This document shows positions 49,994-58,262 of a stretch of DNA of 64,000 bases, one piece after another (the stretch's first letter is position 1; each line of letters starts with the position of its first letter). The DNA comes from an uncultured Clostridia bacterium. GTDB taxonomy: Bacteria > Bacillota > Clostridia > CAKSNL01 > HGM11501. Below the pieces are notes generated by a model. It searched no databases. It saw only the letters and a program-made list of their open reading frames with translations, and was not told the origin of the DNA. Location: contig CAKSNL010000005.1 in assembly GCA_934476235.1 (NCBI GenBank), positions 40,989 to 104,988 on the forward strand, read 5' to 3'. The position numbers were made by a program, and so were the translations under genes.

Positions 49994-50142
49994 AGAGAAA
50001 ACTTTCCTTTCATCGGCGTTCGGTATATCCGGATCGGATGATTCGGATATACCGGCCGTTTTTATAATAAAGTACCTGTTCGGTACTGGTGATATTGTTC
50101 GCACGGCGTGAGGATTTTATTCAAAAATGAGGAGAAATTTTA

Positions 50143-50820
50143 ATGTCAATTTACGCTATTTCCGATTTGCATTTGCCGCTCGGCGTGGAAAAGCCGATGG
50201 ATGTTTTCGGAATAAGATGGAATAATTATGTGGAGAGAATAAAGGAAAACTGGATAAAAACAGTAAAAGACGAGGATTATGTTATCATTTCGGGAGATAT
50301 ATCGTGGGCAACATATCTTTCCGAGGCGATAAAAGACCTTGCCTTTATAAATTCGCTTCCGGGAACCAAGATATTATCCCGCGGAAATCACGATTATTGG
50401 TGGACGACGCTTAAAAAAATGAACGAGCTTAAGAAAAATGAAGGGTTTGACAAAATTAATTTTCTCCAGAACGATGCGTATATGATAGGAAAAACGGCAG
50501 TTGCCGGGTGCAGAGGATGGATAACTCCTCTTGAAAAAAAGTTTGGCAGGGATGATGAAAAAATATACAGGCGAGAGCTTTTAAGGATGGAAATGTCGAT
50601 AAATGACGCCATAAAAAAGGGCGCCGAAAAGATTATTTTGTCGGTACATTATCCGCCGCTCGCGGACTTTTACGAAATTATCCGAAAATACAATGTCGAT
50701 ATTGCATTATACGGGCATTTGCACCACGAAACAATGGGTAGTTATGTTGAAATTTCGGAGCGGACCAAGCTTGTTTCTTGTGACTATTTATCATTTTTTC
50801 CCGAAAAAATTATTCTTTGA
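50143..50820 (+). CDS. metallophosphoesterase
   Basis: ISDLHL, SGDIS, GNHDYWW and GHLHH motifs. Confidence 0.8.
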   Translation: MSIYAISDLHLPLGVEKPMDVFGIRWNNYVERIKENWIKTVKDEDYVIISGDISWATYLSEAIKDLAFINSLPGTKILSRGNHDYWWTTLKKMNELKKNEGFDKINFLQNDAYMIGKTAVAGCRGWITPLEKKFGRDDEKIYRRELLRMEMSINDAIKKGAEKIILSVHYPPLADFYEIIRKYNVDIALYGHLHHETMGSYVEISERTKLVSCDYLSFFPEKIIL

Positions 50821-50829
50821 AAATTTTAC

Positions 50830-50857
50830 TTGAAAAATTTTATATATATGGTATAAT
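50830..50857 (+). promoter_or_regulatory. putative sigma-A promoter with extended -10 for tig
   Basis: TTGAAA - 16 nt - TGgTATAAT. Confidence 0.5.
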
Positions 50858-50920
50858 ATTAATTTAGATAGGCTAAACTTGGATTACTATGGTTTGGCGG
50901 TTCAGAAAGGATGAAGTAAT

Positions 50921-52390
50921 ATGAGTTACACACTTGAAAATGTGGAGAAGAACAAGGTAAAGCTTACCATAGAGGTAGCGTCGGAGCTTTTTGAGGACGG
51001 AATGAAGAAGTCCTACCAGAAAAACGTTAAGTACATTAACGTTCCCGGTTTCCGTAAGGGCAAGGCTCCCAGAAAAATGATTGAGAAAATGTACGGACCT
51101 GCTGTATTTTATGAGGACGCAGTAAACTTTATTATACCTGATGCATATGATGAAGCAGTAAAGGAAGCTGACATTCACCCCGTATCGCAGCCGGAGATTG
51201 ACATAGTTACTATCGGCGAGGCAGATAAGCCTTTCGTATTCACCGCTGAAGTTTTCACAAAGCCCGAGGTTAAGCTCGGTACATATAAGGGCGTTGAGAT
51301 TGAGAAGGTTGAAAACAAGGTGACGGACGCTGACGTTGATGCTGAAATAGCATCCATGCGCGAAAAGAATTCGAGAATGGTTACAGTTGAGGACAGAGCG
51401 GCTTTAGACGGCGACATCACGACTATCGACTATGAGGGATTCTGTGACGGAGTTGCTTTTGAAGGCGGCAAGGGAACAGATTATGAGCTTACACTTGGCA
51501 GCGGAACGTTCATTCCCGGATTTGAAGAGCAGATTGTCGGCAAAAAGATCGGCGAGGAGTTTGACGTTAACGTGAAATTCCCCGAGGAGTATCATGCCGA
51601 GGAGCTTAATGGCAAGGACGCTGTATTTAAGGTTACACTTAAGGGCATAAAGGTAAAGGAGCTTCCGCAGCTTGACGATGAGTTTGCAAAGGATGTCAGC
51701 GAGTTTGATACACTTGACGCACTCAAGGAAGATATCAAGAGTAAGCTTACCAAGGAAGCTGAAAATAAGACTAAGGCCGAGATTGAAAACAGAGCTCTTG
51801 AGGCGGCTGTTGAAGGCGCGGAGATTGACCTTCCCGAGTGCATGGTCGACAATCAGGTTGAAAAAATGCTTGAGGATTATGCATACAGGTTAAAGAGTCA
51901 GGGTATAGATATGAAGATGTACCTTCAGTATACACAGATGACCGAGGAGCAGTTAAAAGAGCAGATGAAGCCTTCTGCAAAGCAGCAGGTTTTGGGCAGC
52001 CTCGTATTAGAGAAGATTGCAGAGCTTGAAAAGCTTGAGGCGACGGATGAAGACATCGAGAAGGAATTTGACAAGATCGCTGAGACCTACAAGATGGAAA
52101 AAGACAAGATCAGAGAGCTTATGGGCGCGAATATTGACGCTATGAAGCAGGATATCGTTACAAATAAGGCTCTTGACGTTCTTGCGGCAAGCGCTAAGCA
52201 GACCAAGAAGAAAGCGGAGAAGAAGGCTGACAAGGCTGAAAAGGAAGAGGGCGAGAAGCCCGCGGCTAAGAAGACTGCCGCAAAGAAGCCCGCAGCTAAG
52301 AAGACTGCCGCTAAGAAAGAGCCTGACAAGGAAGCTGAGCCCAAGAAGAAAACTACCAAGAAGGCAGATAAGGAAAAATCAGCTGAATAA
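50921..52390 (+). CDS. tig: trigger factor with lysine-rich C-terminal tail
   Basis: N-terminal ribosome-binding motif (GFRKGKAP), an FKBP PPIase domain and the C-terminal arm domain. An additional 64-aa K/A/E-rich tail follows. Confidence 0.92.
   Translation: MSYTLENVEKNKVKLTIEVASELFEDGMKKSYQKNVKYINVPGFRKGKAPRKMIEKMYGPAVFYEDAVNFIIPDAYDEAVKEADIHPVSQPEIDIVTIGEADKPFVFTAEVFTKPEVKLGTYKGVEIEKVENKVTDADVDAEIASMREKNSRMVTVEDRAALDGDITTIDYEGFCDGVAFEGGKGTDYELTLGSGTFIPGFEEQIVGKKIGEEFDVNVKFPEEYHAEELNGKDAVFKVTLKGIKVKELPQLDDEFAKDVSEFDTLDALKEDIKSKLTKEAENKTKAEIENRALEAAVEGAEIDLPECMVDNQVEKMLEDYAYRLKSQGIDMKMYLQYTQMTEEQLKEQMKPSAKQQVLGSLVLEKIAELEKLEATDEDIEKEFDKIAETYKMEKDKIRELMGANIDAMKQDIVTNKALDVLAASAKQTKKKAEKKADKAEKEEGEKPAAKKTAAKKPAAKKTAAKKEPDKEAEPKKKTTKKADKEKSAE
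52259..52318 (+). repeat. 2 x 30-nt tandem repeat inside the tig tail
   Basis: cccgcGgctaagaagactgccgcAaagaaG / cccgcAgctaagaagactgccgcTaagaaA, encoding (P)AAKKTAAKK twice. Confidence 0.85.
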
Positions 52391-52410
52391 TTATAAGGAG
52401 GCTTTAAAGA

Positions 52411-52986
52411 GTGGTAAATAATATGAGCGACAGAGAAGAACATTCCGGAGAGAGCATTTATTCCAGACTTTTAAAGGACAGAATTATATTCTTAAACGGC
52501 GGGATAGACAATGCTGTTGCATGCAGCATTATTGCACAGCTTCTGTATCTTGAAAGCGAGGATCCCGATAAGGATATTTGCCTTTATATCAACTGCCCCG
52601 GAGGTTCTGTAAGCGACGGGCTTGCAATTTACGATACGATGAAGTATATAAAGTGCGATGTTTCGACCATCTGTATCGGCATGGCGGCGTCAATGGGCGC
52701 GTTCTTACTGTCAAGCGGAGCAGAAGGCAAAAGGATTGCTCTTCCGAACAGTGAAATAATGATTCATCAGCCCTCGCTCAGTAATGTGTATCAGGGGCAG
52801 GCATCCGACGTTGAGATAATGACCAATCAGATGATGCGCATTAAGGATAAGCTTAACAAAATTCTTGCGGAAAACACAAAGCAGCCGCTTGAAAAAGTAG
52901 TCGGCGATACGGAGCGTGACTATTATCTTACCGCACAGGAAGCCTGCGATTACGGTATAATCGATAAGATTATATCTCATAGGTAA
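52411..52986 (+). CDS. clpP: ATP-dependent Clp protease proteolytic subunit (divergent N-terminus)
   Basis: Catalytic Ser (GMAASMG), His (IMIHQP) and Asp (DTERD) are present. The GTG start lies 9 nt after AAGGAGG. tig-clpP-clpX synteny. Confidence 0.9.
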   Translation: MVNNMSDREEHSGESIYSRLLKDRIIFLNGGIDNAVACSIIAQLLYLESEDPDKDICLYINCPGGSVSDGLAIYDTMKYIKCDVSTICIGMAASMGAFLLSSGAEGKRIALPNSEIMIHQPSLSNVYQGQASDVEIMTNQMMRIKDKLNKILAENTKQPLEKVVGDTERDYYLTAQEACDYGIIDKIISHR

Positions 52987-53006
52987 TAACCTTTTGGAGG
53001 ATTTAT

Positions 53007-54278
53007 ATGAACAAGGACTCAGAAAGAAAGCAAGTTTGTTGTTCGTTTTGCGGTAAGGGACAGGATGAGGTCAAGCGTCTCATTGCCGGTCCCGGAGTGT
53101 ATATCTGCGACGAATGTATAGAACTGTGTTATGACCTCGTGGCGGAAGAAAATGACGATTTTGATTTTCCTGCTTCTTCTGGGGAAATGGGGGAGCTTAA
53201 GCTTCTTACACCGGAGGAGATTAAAGAAAAGCTTGACGAATATGTTATCGGTCAGGATAAGGCGAAAAAGAGCCTTGCCGTGGCGGTGTATAACCACTAT
53301 AAAAGAATAACCGGAAAGACCGGTTCCGATGTTGAGATTCAAAAGAGCAACATATTGTTCTTGGGTCCCACCGGCGTCGGGAAGACATATATGGCGCAGA
53401 CGCTGGCAAAGATTTTGGACGTTCCTTTTGCGATTGCGGACGCAACATCCTTAACGGAGGCCGGCTATGTAGGCGAGGATGTTGAAAACATTCTTTTAAA
53501 GCTTTTACAGGCGGCGGATTTTGACATCGAGAGGGCACAGCGCGGCATAATTTACGTCGATGAGATCGACAAGATCTCAAGGCGCTCGGAAAATCCGTCC
53601 ATAACACGTGATGTAAGCGGTGAGGGCGTACAGCAGGCGCTTTTGAAGATTCTTGAAGGCACAGTTGCCAATGTTCCTCCGCAGGGCGGAAGAAAGCATC
53701 CGCATCAGGAATTTATCCCTTTTGATACAACAAATGTTTTATTTATCTGCAGCGGAGCGTTTGACGGGCTTGAAAAGATAATTCAGAAAAGGCTCGGCTC
53801 AAATGTTTTGGGATTCGGCAGCAAGATTGACAGTAAAACGGAGCAGAGCACAGGCGAGTATTTCTCAAAGGTGGAGCCGCAGGATCTCTTAAAATTCGGG
53901 CTTATTCCCGAGTTTATCGGCAGACTTCCGATAGTTGTTGCTTTGGAAAATCTCGACAAGGAAGCGCTCATTAATATTCTGACAAAGCCGAAAAATGCTA
54001 TAATTAAGCAGTATAAGGCTCTCTGCGGATATGACGGAGTGGAGCTTGAGTTTACGCCCGACGCACTTGACGCTATCGCAGATAAGGCGATAAAGCGATC
54101 TACCGGTGCAAGAGGACTCAGAGCCATTATAGAAGAGATAATGAGCGAAGTTATGTTTTTTGCACCGTCGGATAAAACGATCGAGAAAATAGTGGTGACA
54201 AAGGAAGCAGTGGAAAAAACGGCTCCCGTCACGGTTATAAGATCGTCCGACAGGAAGAAAACGGGAACAGAAGGATAA
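53007..54278 (+). CDS. clpX: ATP-dependent Clp protease ATP-binding subunit ClpX
   Basis: Zinc-binding CSFCGK...CDEC, Walker A GPTGVGKT, the GYVGED pore loop and the IGF-type loop. Confidence 0.95.
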   Translation: MNKDSERKQVCCSFCGKGQDEVKRLIAGPGVYICDECIELCYDLVAEENDDFDFPASSGEMGELKLLTPEEIKEKLDEYVIGQDKAKKSLAVAVYNHYKRITGKTGSDVEIQKSNILFLGPTGVGKTYMAQTLAKILDVPFAIADATSLTEAGYVGEDVENILLKLLQAADFDIERAQRGIIYVDEIDKISRRSENPSITRDVSGEGVQQALLKILEGTVANVPPQGGRKHPHQEFIPFDTTNVLFICSGAFDGLEKIIQKRLGSNVLGFGSKIDSKTEQSTGEYFSKVEPQDLLKFGLIPEFIGRLPIVVALENLDKEALINILTKPKNAIIKQYKALCGYDGVELEFTPDALDAIADKAIKRSTGARGLRAIIEEIMSEVMFFAPSDKTIEKIVVTKEAVEKTAPVTVIRSSDRKKTGTEG

Positions 54279-54328
54279 AAAAATACCACCTTTAGCCGGT
54301 CCGTGATAAGAAAGTATCGGTTTTGCGT

Positions 54329-54363
54329 AAAAAGCACTGTAACCTTAAGGTTACAGTGCTTTT
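54329..54363 (+). terminator. intrinsic terminator after clpX
   Basis: AAAAGCACTGTAACC-TTAA-GGTTACAGTGCTTTT, a perfect 15-bp stem plus T-run. Confidence 0.85.
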
Positions 54364-54442
54364 ATATTTTATTTTTCGAAAAGTAATGTGCAAAACTGCC
54401 ATGGGCATCATAAAAGCAAGATTTTTTGATGAAGTGCAAGGC

Positions 54443-54480
54443 AAAAAAGCGAAGAATCCTGACGGATTTTGAGCTTTTTT
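54443..54480 (-). terminator. intrinsic terminator of the oadB-oadG-metY-metA operon
   Basis: Minus-strand hairpin AAAAAGC-tca-AAATCC-gtca-GGATTC-ttc-GCTTTTTT followed by a U-run, about 80 nt past the metA stop. Confidence 0.55.
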
Positions 54481-54556
54481 AACATAGCAATTCGCGAAAA
54501 AGATGCTTTTAGGACGTTACTGTTTTATTACGGGACGGCTTTTGGGTGGTATTTTT

Positions 54557-55474
54557 TTACCGTATTGCGGAAATATCGTAAGGCGTGTTCTGATATACAA
54601 AGTAGTTGAGCCAGTTTGAGTAGATCAGATTTGCATGGCTTCGCCATTTTACGATCGGTTCTTTGGTCACATCGTCATCGGGAAAATAATTTTCGGGAAC
54701 GCGGGGATTCATCCCCGCGTTTTTATCACGGAAATATTCATCGGAAAGCGTGTATTTATCATATTCGGAGTGACCGGTTATGAATATCTGCCGCCCCTCA
54801 TCTGTCGCTGCGGCGTAAAGCCCCGCCTTGTCCGAAACGGCGAGGATTTTTATCTCGGGGTGTTTTTTTACATCTTCGATGTCAATCGTTGTATGGCGTG
54901 AATGGGGAACGAAAAACTCGTCGTCAAATCCGCGCAGAAGTATCGGGTTTTTGTGGACCACACGGTGAGCGTAAACGCCCGAGAGCTTTTCGGGAAGGAG
55001 GTGCTTTTCAATTCCGTAATGATAATAAAGCGCCGCCTGTGCACCCCAGCAGATGTGAAATGTGGAGTGGACGTTGGTTTTCGTCCATTCCATGATCTCA
55101 CAAAGCTCCTCCCAGTAGTTGACCTCGTGATAATCCATTTTTTCAACCGGAGCGCCGGTGATTATGAAACCGTCGAATTTCCGGCTTTTTATTTCCGAAA
55201 AGGTTTTATAAAACTTTAACATATGCTCCTCGGAAACATTTTTCGCCTTATGAGTGCTGACCTGGATAAGCTCAACCTCGACCTGTAAGGGTGTGTTTCC
55301 CAAAAGCCTTGAAAGCTGTGTTTCAGTGGTGATTTTATTGGGCATGAGGTTTAATATCCCGATCTGAAGAGGTCTGATATCCTGGCTCATGGCGCGCTTT
55401 TCGTCCATCACGAAAATGTTTTCTCCGGCAAGAATTTTGGCTGCCGGTAAATTGTCAGGTATTTTGATCGGCAA
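54557..55474 (-). CDS. metA: homoserine O-acyltransferase (MetA family; acetyl-specific in most Firmicutes)
   Basis: [11 protein letters not shown]...ILNLMP...ITGAP...HICWGAQ signature. TTG start 9 nt after AAGGAG. Confidence 0.92.
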   Translation of the reverse strand: MPIKIPDNLPAAKILAGENIFVMDEKRAMSQDIRPLQIGILNLMPNKITTETQLSRLLGNTPLQVEVELIQVSTHKAKNVSEEHMLKFYKTFSEIKSRKFDGFIITGAPVEKMDYHEVNYWEELCEIMEWTKTNVHSTFHICWGAQAALYYHYGIEKHLLPEKLSGVYAHRVVHKNPILLRGFDDEFFVPHSRHTTIDIEDVKKHPEIKILAVSDKAGLYAAATDEGRQIFITGHSEYDKYTLSDEYFRDKNAGMNPRVPENYFPDDDVTKEPIVKWRSHANLIYSNWLNYFVYQNTPYDISAIR

Positions 55475-55487
55475 AAAAATCAGCTCC

Positions 55488-56768
55488 TTATATGGATTTT
55501 AACGCTTCGTCAATATCGGCGATGATGTCCTCGGCGTCTTCGATTCCGCATGAGAATCTTATAAGGTCAGCCGATACGCCGGCGGCGATAAGCTCGGAAT
55601 CGCTCATCTGGCGGTGTGTGGAGCTTGCCGGGTGCAGACAGCAGGTTTTTGAGTCCGCAACGTGAGTTTCAATGGACGCGAGACGAAGATTTGACATGAA
55701 CTTTTCCGCCGCACTTCTTCCGCCCTTGACGCCGAAGCTGATGACGCCCGATGCGCCGTTCTTTAAGTATTTTTCGGAGAGGGAATAGTACTTGTCGCCC
55801 GGAAGCGCGGGATAGCGCACCCAGGATATTTTATCATTTTCCGAAAGATACTCGGAAACCTTTAAGGCATTGTCGCTGTGGCGCTTCATGCGAAGCTCAA
55901 GGCTTTCAAGTCCGAGAGATATTAAATATGCGTTTTCGGGCGCCTGGATTGAACCCAGGTCGCGCATAAGCTGAACCGTCGCCTTGGTGATGAACGCCGC
56001 GTCACCGAACTTTTCGGAGTATATAACGCCGTGATAGCTTTCGTCCGGTGTGCAGAGACCGGGGAATTTATCGGGGTACTTTGACCAGTCGAAATTCCCG
56101 GAATCAACTATGGCGCCGCCGACCGTGCTGGCGTGACCGTCCATGTACTTCGTGGTGGAATGGGTCACAATGTCCGCTCCGAATTCGAACGGACGGCAGT
56201 TGACGGGGGTCGCAAATGTGTTGTCCACGATCAGCGGAACTCCGTGACGGTGCGCCGCCGCAGCAAATTTTTCAAAATCCAGAACCGCGAGCGAGGGATT
56301 TGCTATCGTTTCGCCGAACACTGCTTTGGTGTTGGGGCGAAAGGCAGCCTCCAGCTCCTCAGAAGTACAGTCGGGCGAAACAAAGGTGAAGTCGACGCCC
56401 ATCTTCTTCATTGTGACCGCGAAAAGATTATACGTTCCGCCGTAGACAGCGGAGGACGCAACAACATGGCTGCCGCATTCTGCAATGTTAAAGACAGCGT
56501 AGAAATTCGCCGACTGACCGGAGGAGGTGAGCATTGCGCTTTTTCCGCCCTCAAGAGCTGCAATTCTTGCGGCAACATGATCATTTGTCGGGTTTGCAAG
56601 GCGGGAATAGAAGTAGCCCGAATCCTCCAAATTAAAGAGTCTGCCCATGGCTTCGCTTGTGTCATATTTAAACGTAGTGCTCTGGATTATCGGGATCTGT
56701 CTCGGTTCGCCGTTTTTGGGCGTGTAGCCTGACTGAATACATTTCGTTCCTATTTTATAGTCCTTCAT
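55488..56768 (-). CDS. metY: O-acetylhomoserine aminocarboxypropyltransferase (sulfhydrylase), PLP-dependent
   Basis: Cys/Met-metabolism PLP family. The [10 protein letters not shown] lysine motif is present. 426 aa. Confidence 0.9.
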   Translation of the reverse strand: MKDYKIGTKCIQSGYTPKNGEPRQIPIIQSTTFKYDTSEAMGRLFNLEDSGYFYSRLANPTNDHVAARIAALEGGKSAMLTSSGQSANFYAVFNIAECGSHVVASSAVYGGTYNLFAVTMKKMGVDFTFVSPDCTSEELEAAFRPNTKAVFGETIANPSLAVLDFEKFAAAAHRHGVPLIVDNTFATPVNCRPFEFGADIVTHSTTKYMDGHASTVGGAIVDSGNFDWSKYPDKFPGLCTPDESYHGVIYSEKFGDAAFITKATVQLMRDLGSIQAPENAYLISLGLESLELRMKRHSDNALKVSEYLSENDKISWVRYPALPGDKYYSLSEKYLKNGASGVISFGVKGGRSAAEKFMSNLRLASIETHVADSKTCCLHPASSTHRQMSDSELIAAGVSADLIRFSCGIEDAEDIIADIDEALKSI

Positions 56769-56778
56769 CGGTGCCTCC

Positions 56779-56913
56779 TTACTGCGCTTTTCCGGAGAAT
56801 TTATTCAAAAGAATCATTGAAAGTATTATGACGGCGGTTACGATAAACACGCCGGCAAGCCCCTTTCCGATAACGGGGAGAACATTTAAGAAAGCGTTAA
56901 CATCAATTTTCAT
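56779..56913 (-). CDS. OadG-like small membrane protein (44 aa); not in the supplied ORF track
   Basis: Hand translation gives MKIDVNAFLNVLPVIGKGLAGVFIVTAVIILSMILLNKFSGKAQ*. GGAGGA RBS with 6-nt spacing. One TM helix. It lies directly after the beta-subunit gene, as decarboxylase gamma/OadG subunits do. Confidence 0.6.
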   Translation of the reverse strand: MKIDVNAFLNVLPVIGKGLAGVFIVTAVIILSMILLNKFSGKAQ

Positions 56914-56925
56914 AATTTATCCTCC

Positions 56926-58062
56926 TTATATGAGCGATGAAACGAGATTGATTATTATGCCTCCGGCAATAACAGAGGCGATCTGACCGGATACGTTGAC
57001 GCCGATGGAGTGCATCAGAAGGAAGTTCTGACTGTCTTCCTTCAAGCCCATCTTATGAACGACTCTTGCAGACATCGGGAATGCCGAAATGCCCGCCGCG
57101 CCGATCATCGGGTTTATCTTTTTGTCCTTTTTAAGGAAAAGATTTATAAGCTTTGCAAATAATACACCGCCTGCCGTGTCAAATATAAACGCGACAAGAC
57201 CGAGCCCTATAATCATGAGCGTGTCCTTGGTGAGGAAGTATTCAGCCTGCATTTTGGTGGCAATCGTGATGCCTAAAAACAGAGTGATAAGGTTTGCCAA
57301 AACCTTCTGCGCCGTTTCGGAAAGCGAGTCGAGCACTCCACATTCTCTTATGAGGTTACCGAACATCAAAAAGCCTATGAGCGCAACGCTTCGGGGAGAA
57401 ACGATGCCGGTTATCATTGTGATAACAATCGGGAAGAGAATCTTTGTCCTCTTTGAAATGTTTTTCTGCTCGTAAGGCATCCTTACAAGGCGTTCCTTCT
57501 TTGTTGTAAGTAGCTTTATAACGGGAGGCTGAATGAGGGGAACGAGCGCCATGTAAGAATATGCCGCGACCATAATTGCTCCCAGATATTTAGAGTTAAA
57601 ATACTGTGCAACGAAAATGGAGGTCGGACCGTCCGCCGCGCCGATAATTGCGATGGACGCCGCGTCCTTTATGTCAAACCCGAAAAGCGTGGCAAGCCCG
57701 AGCGTGAAAAAGATTCCGAACTGTGCCGCCGCGCCGAATATCATGAGCTTCGGATTGGTTAAAAGCGGTCCGAAGTCAATCATCGCGCCGATACCGACGA
57801 ATAAAAGGAGCGGGAAAAGCTCGTTGGCAATTCCGGCATTGAACAAAACGTCAATAACGCCCGCCTCCGTCGCACCGTCATAGATCTGATCGACCGCGCC
57901 GGACAAGGGAAGGTTTACCAAAATTGCGCCGAAGCCCATAGGCAAAAGAAGCGAAGGCTCCATGTCCTTTGCGATGGCAAGGTATATCAATACCGCGCCG
58001 ATCAGCCACATAACAGCCTGCTGCCATGTGATGTTTAAGATGTTGGAAAATAATTCAGCCAA
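56926..58062 (-). CDS. oadB: sodium ion-translocating decarboxylase, beta (membrane pump) subunit
   Basis: Alignable by eye along its length to K. pneumoniae OadB (LAIAK..EP.LLLP.GFG, GADGPT, AAYSYMALVPLIQPP, NFLLMH). TTG start 7 nt after AAGGGGGA. Confidence 0.88.
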   Translation of the reverse strand: MAELFSNILNITWQQAVMWLIGAVLIYLAIAKDMEPSLLLPMGFGAILVNLPLSGAVDQIYDGATEAGVIDVLFNAGIANELFPLLLFVGIGAMIDFGPLLTNPKLMIFGAAAQFGIFFTLGLATLFGFDIKDAASIAIIGAADGPTSIFVAQYFNSKYLGAIMVAAYSYMALVPLIQPPVIKLLTTKKERLVRMPYEQKNISKRTKILFPIVITMITGIVSPRSVALIGFLMFGNLIRECGVLDSLSETAQKVLANLITLFLGITIATKMQAEYFLTKDTLMIIGLGLVAFIFDTAGGVLFAKLINLFLKKDKKINPMIGAAGISAFPMSARVVHKMGLKEDSQNFLLMHSIGVNVSGQIASVIAGGIIINLVSSLI

Positions 58063-58095
58063 TTAAATATCCCCCTTAAAATGTGAAAATAATTT

Positions 58096-58141
58096 ATAAA
58101 AAAGACTTTTATCAGAATAGTTCTATTCTGATAAAAGTCTT
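58096..58141 (-). terminator. leader (attenuator-type) intrinsic terminator upstream of oadB
   Basis: Perfect 18-bp hairpin (AAGACUUUUAUCAGAAUA / loop GAAC) followed by U6 on the minus strand. It sits between the promoter and the oadB RBS. Confidence 0.7.
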
Positions 58142-58233
58142 GCTTTTTAATTCATAAGCGGGCTTTTGTGCCGTAATGACGCCGATGAAACGAGAAATAC
58201 ACTCGTTAGCTACTCCCTTTAATCATAACATTT

Positions 58234-58262
58234 ATTATACATATTTATGGTAAAAAAGTCAA
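58234..58262 (-). promoter_or_regulatory. near-consensus sigma-A promoter of the oadB-oadG-metY-metA operon
   Basis: On the minus strand, TTGACT (58262-58257) - 17 nt - TATAAT (58239-58234). Confidence 0.6.

Noticed and set aside
52087-52443. ORFs overlapping the tig tail (52087-52443 minus strand, 52173-52421 plus strand in an alternative frame).
   Set aside because: They are artefacts of the low-complexity AAG/GCN-rich repeat region. They lie inside a gene with continuous trigger-factor homology upstream.
54365-54556. The 190-nt noncoding gap between convergent clpX and metA as a possible sRNA or small ORF. One such ORF is a 23-aa ATG ORF starting at about 54401 (MGIIKARFFDEVQGKKAKNPDGF).
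   Set aside because: The mini-ORF has no RBS. The gap is adequately explained by two terminators (54329-54363 and 54443-54480). I see no promoter-like element.
58142-58227. Calling the oadB/metY leader a SAM-I (S-box) riboswitch or a T-box.
   Set aside because: The context (metY/metA) invites that call. By eye, however, the conserved SAM-I blocks, the kink-turn arrangement and the T-box 14-mer are all missing on both strands. A GCCGAUGAAAC-like string occurs only on the wrong (plus) strand. I kept the region as an unassigned leader instead.
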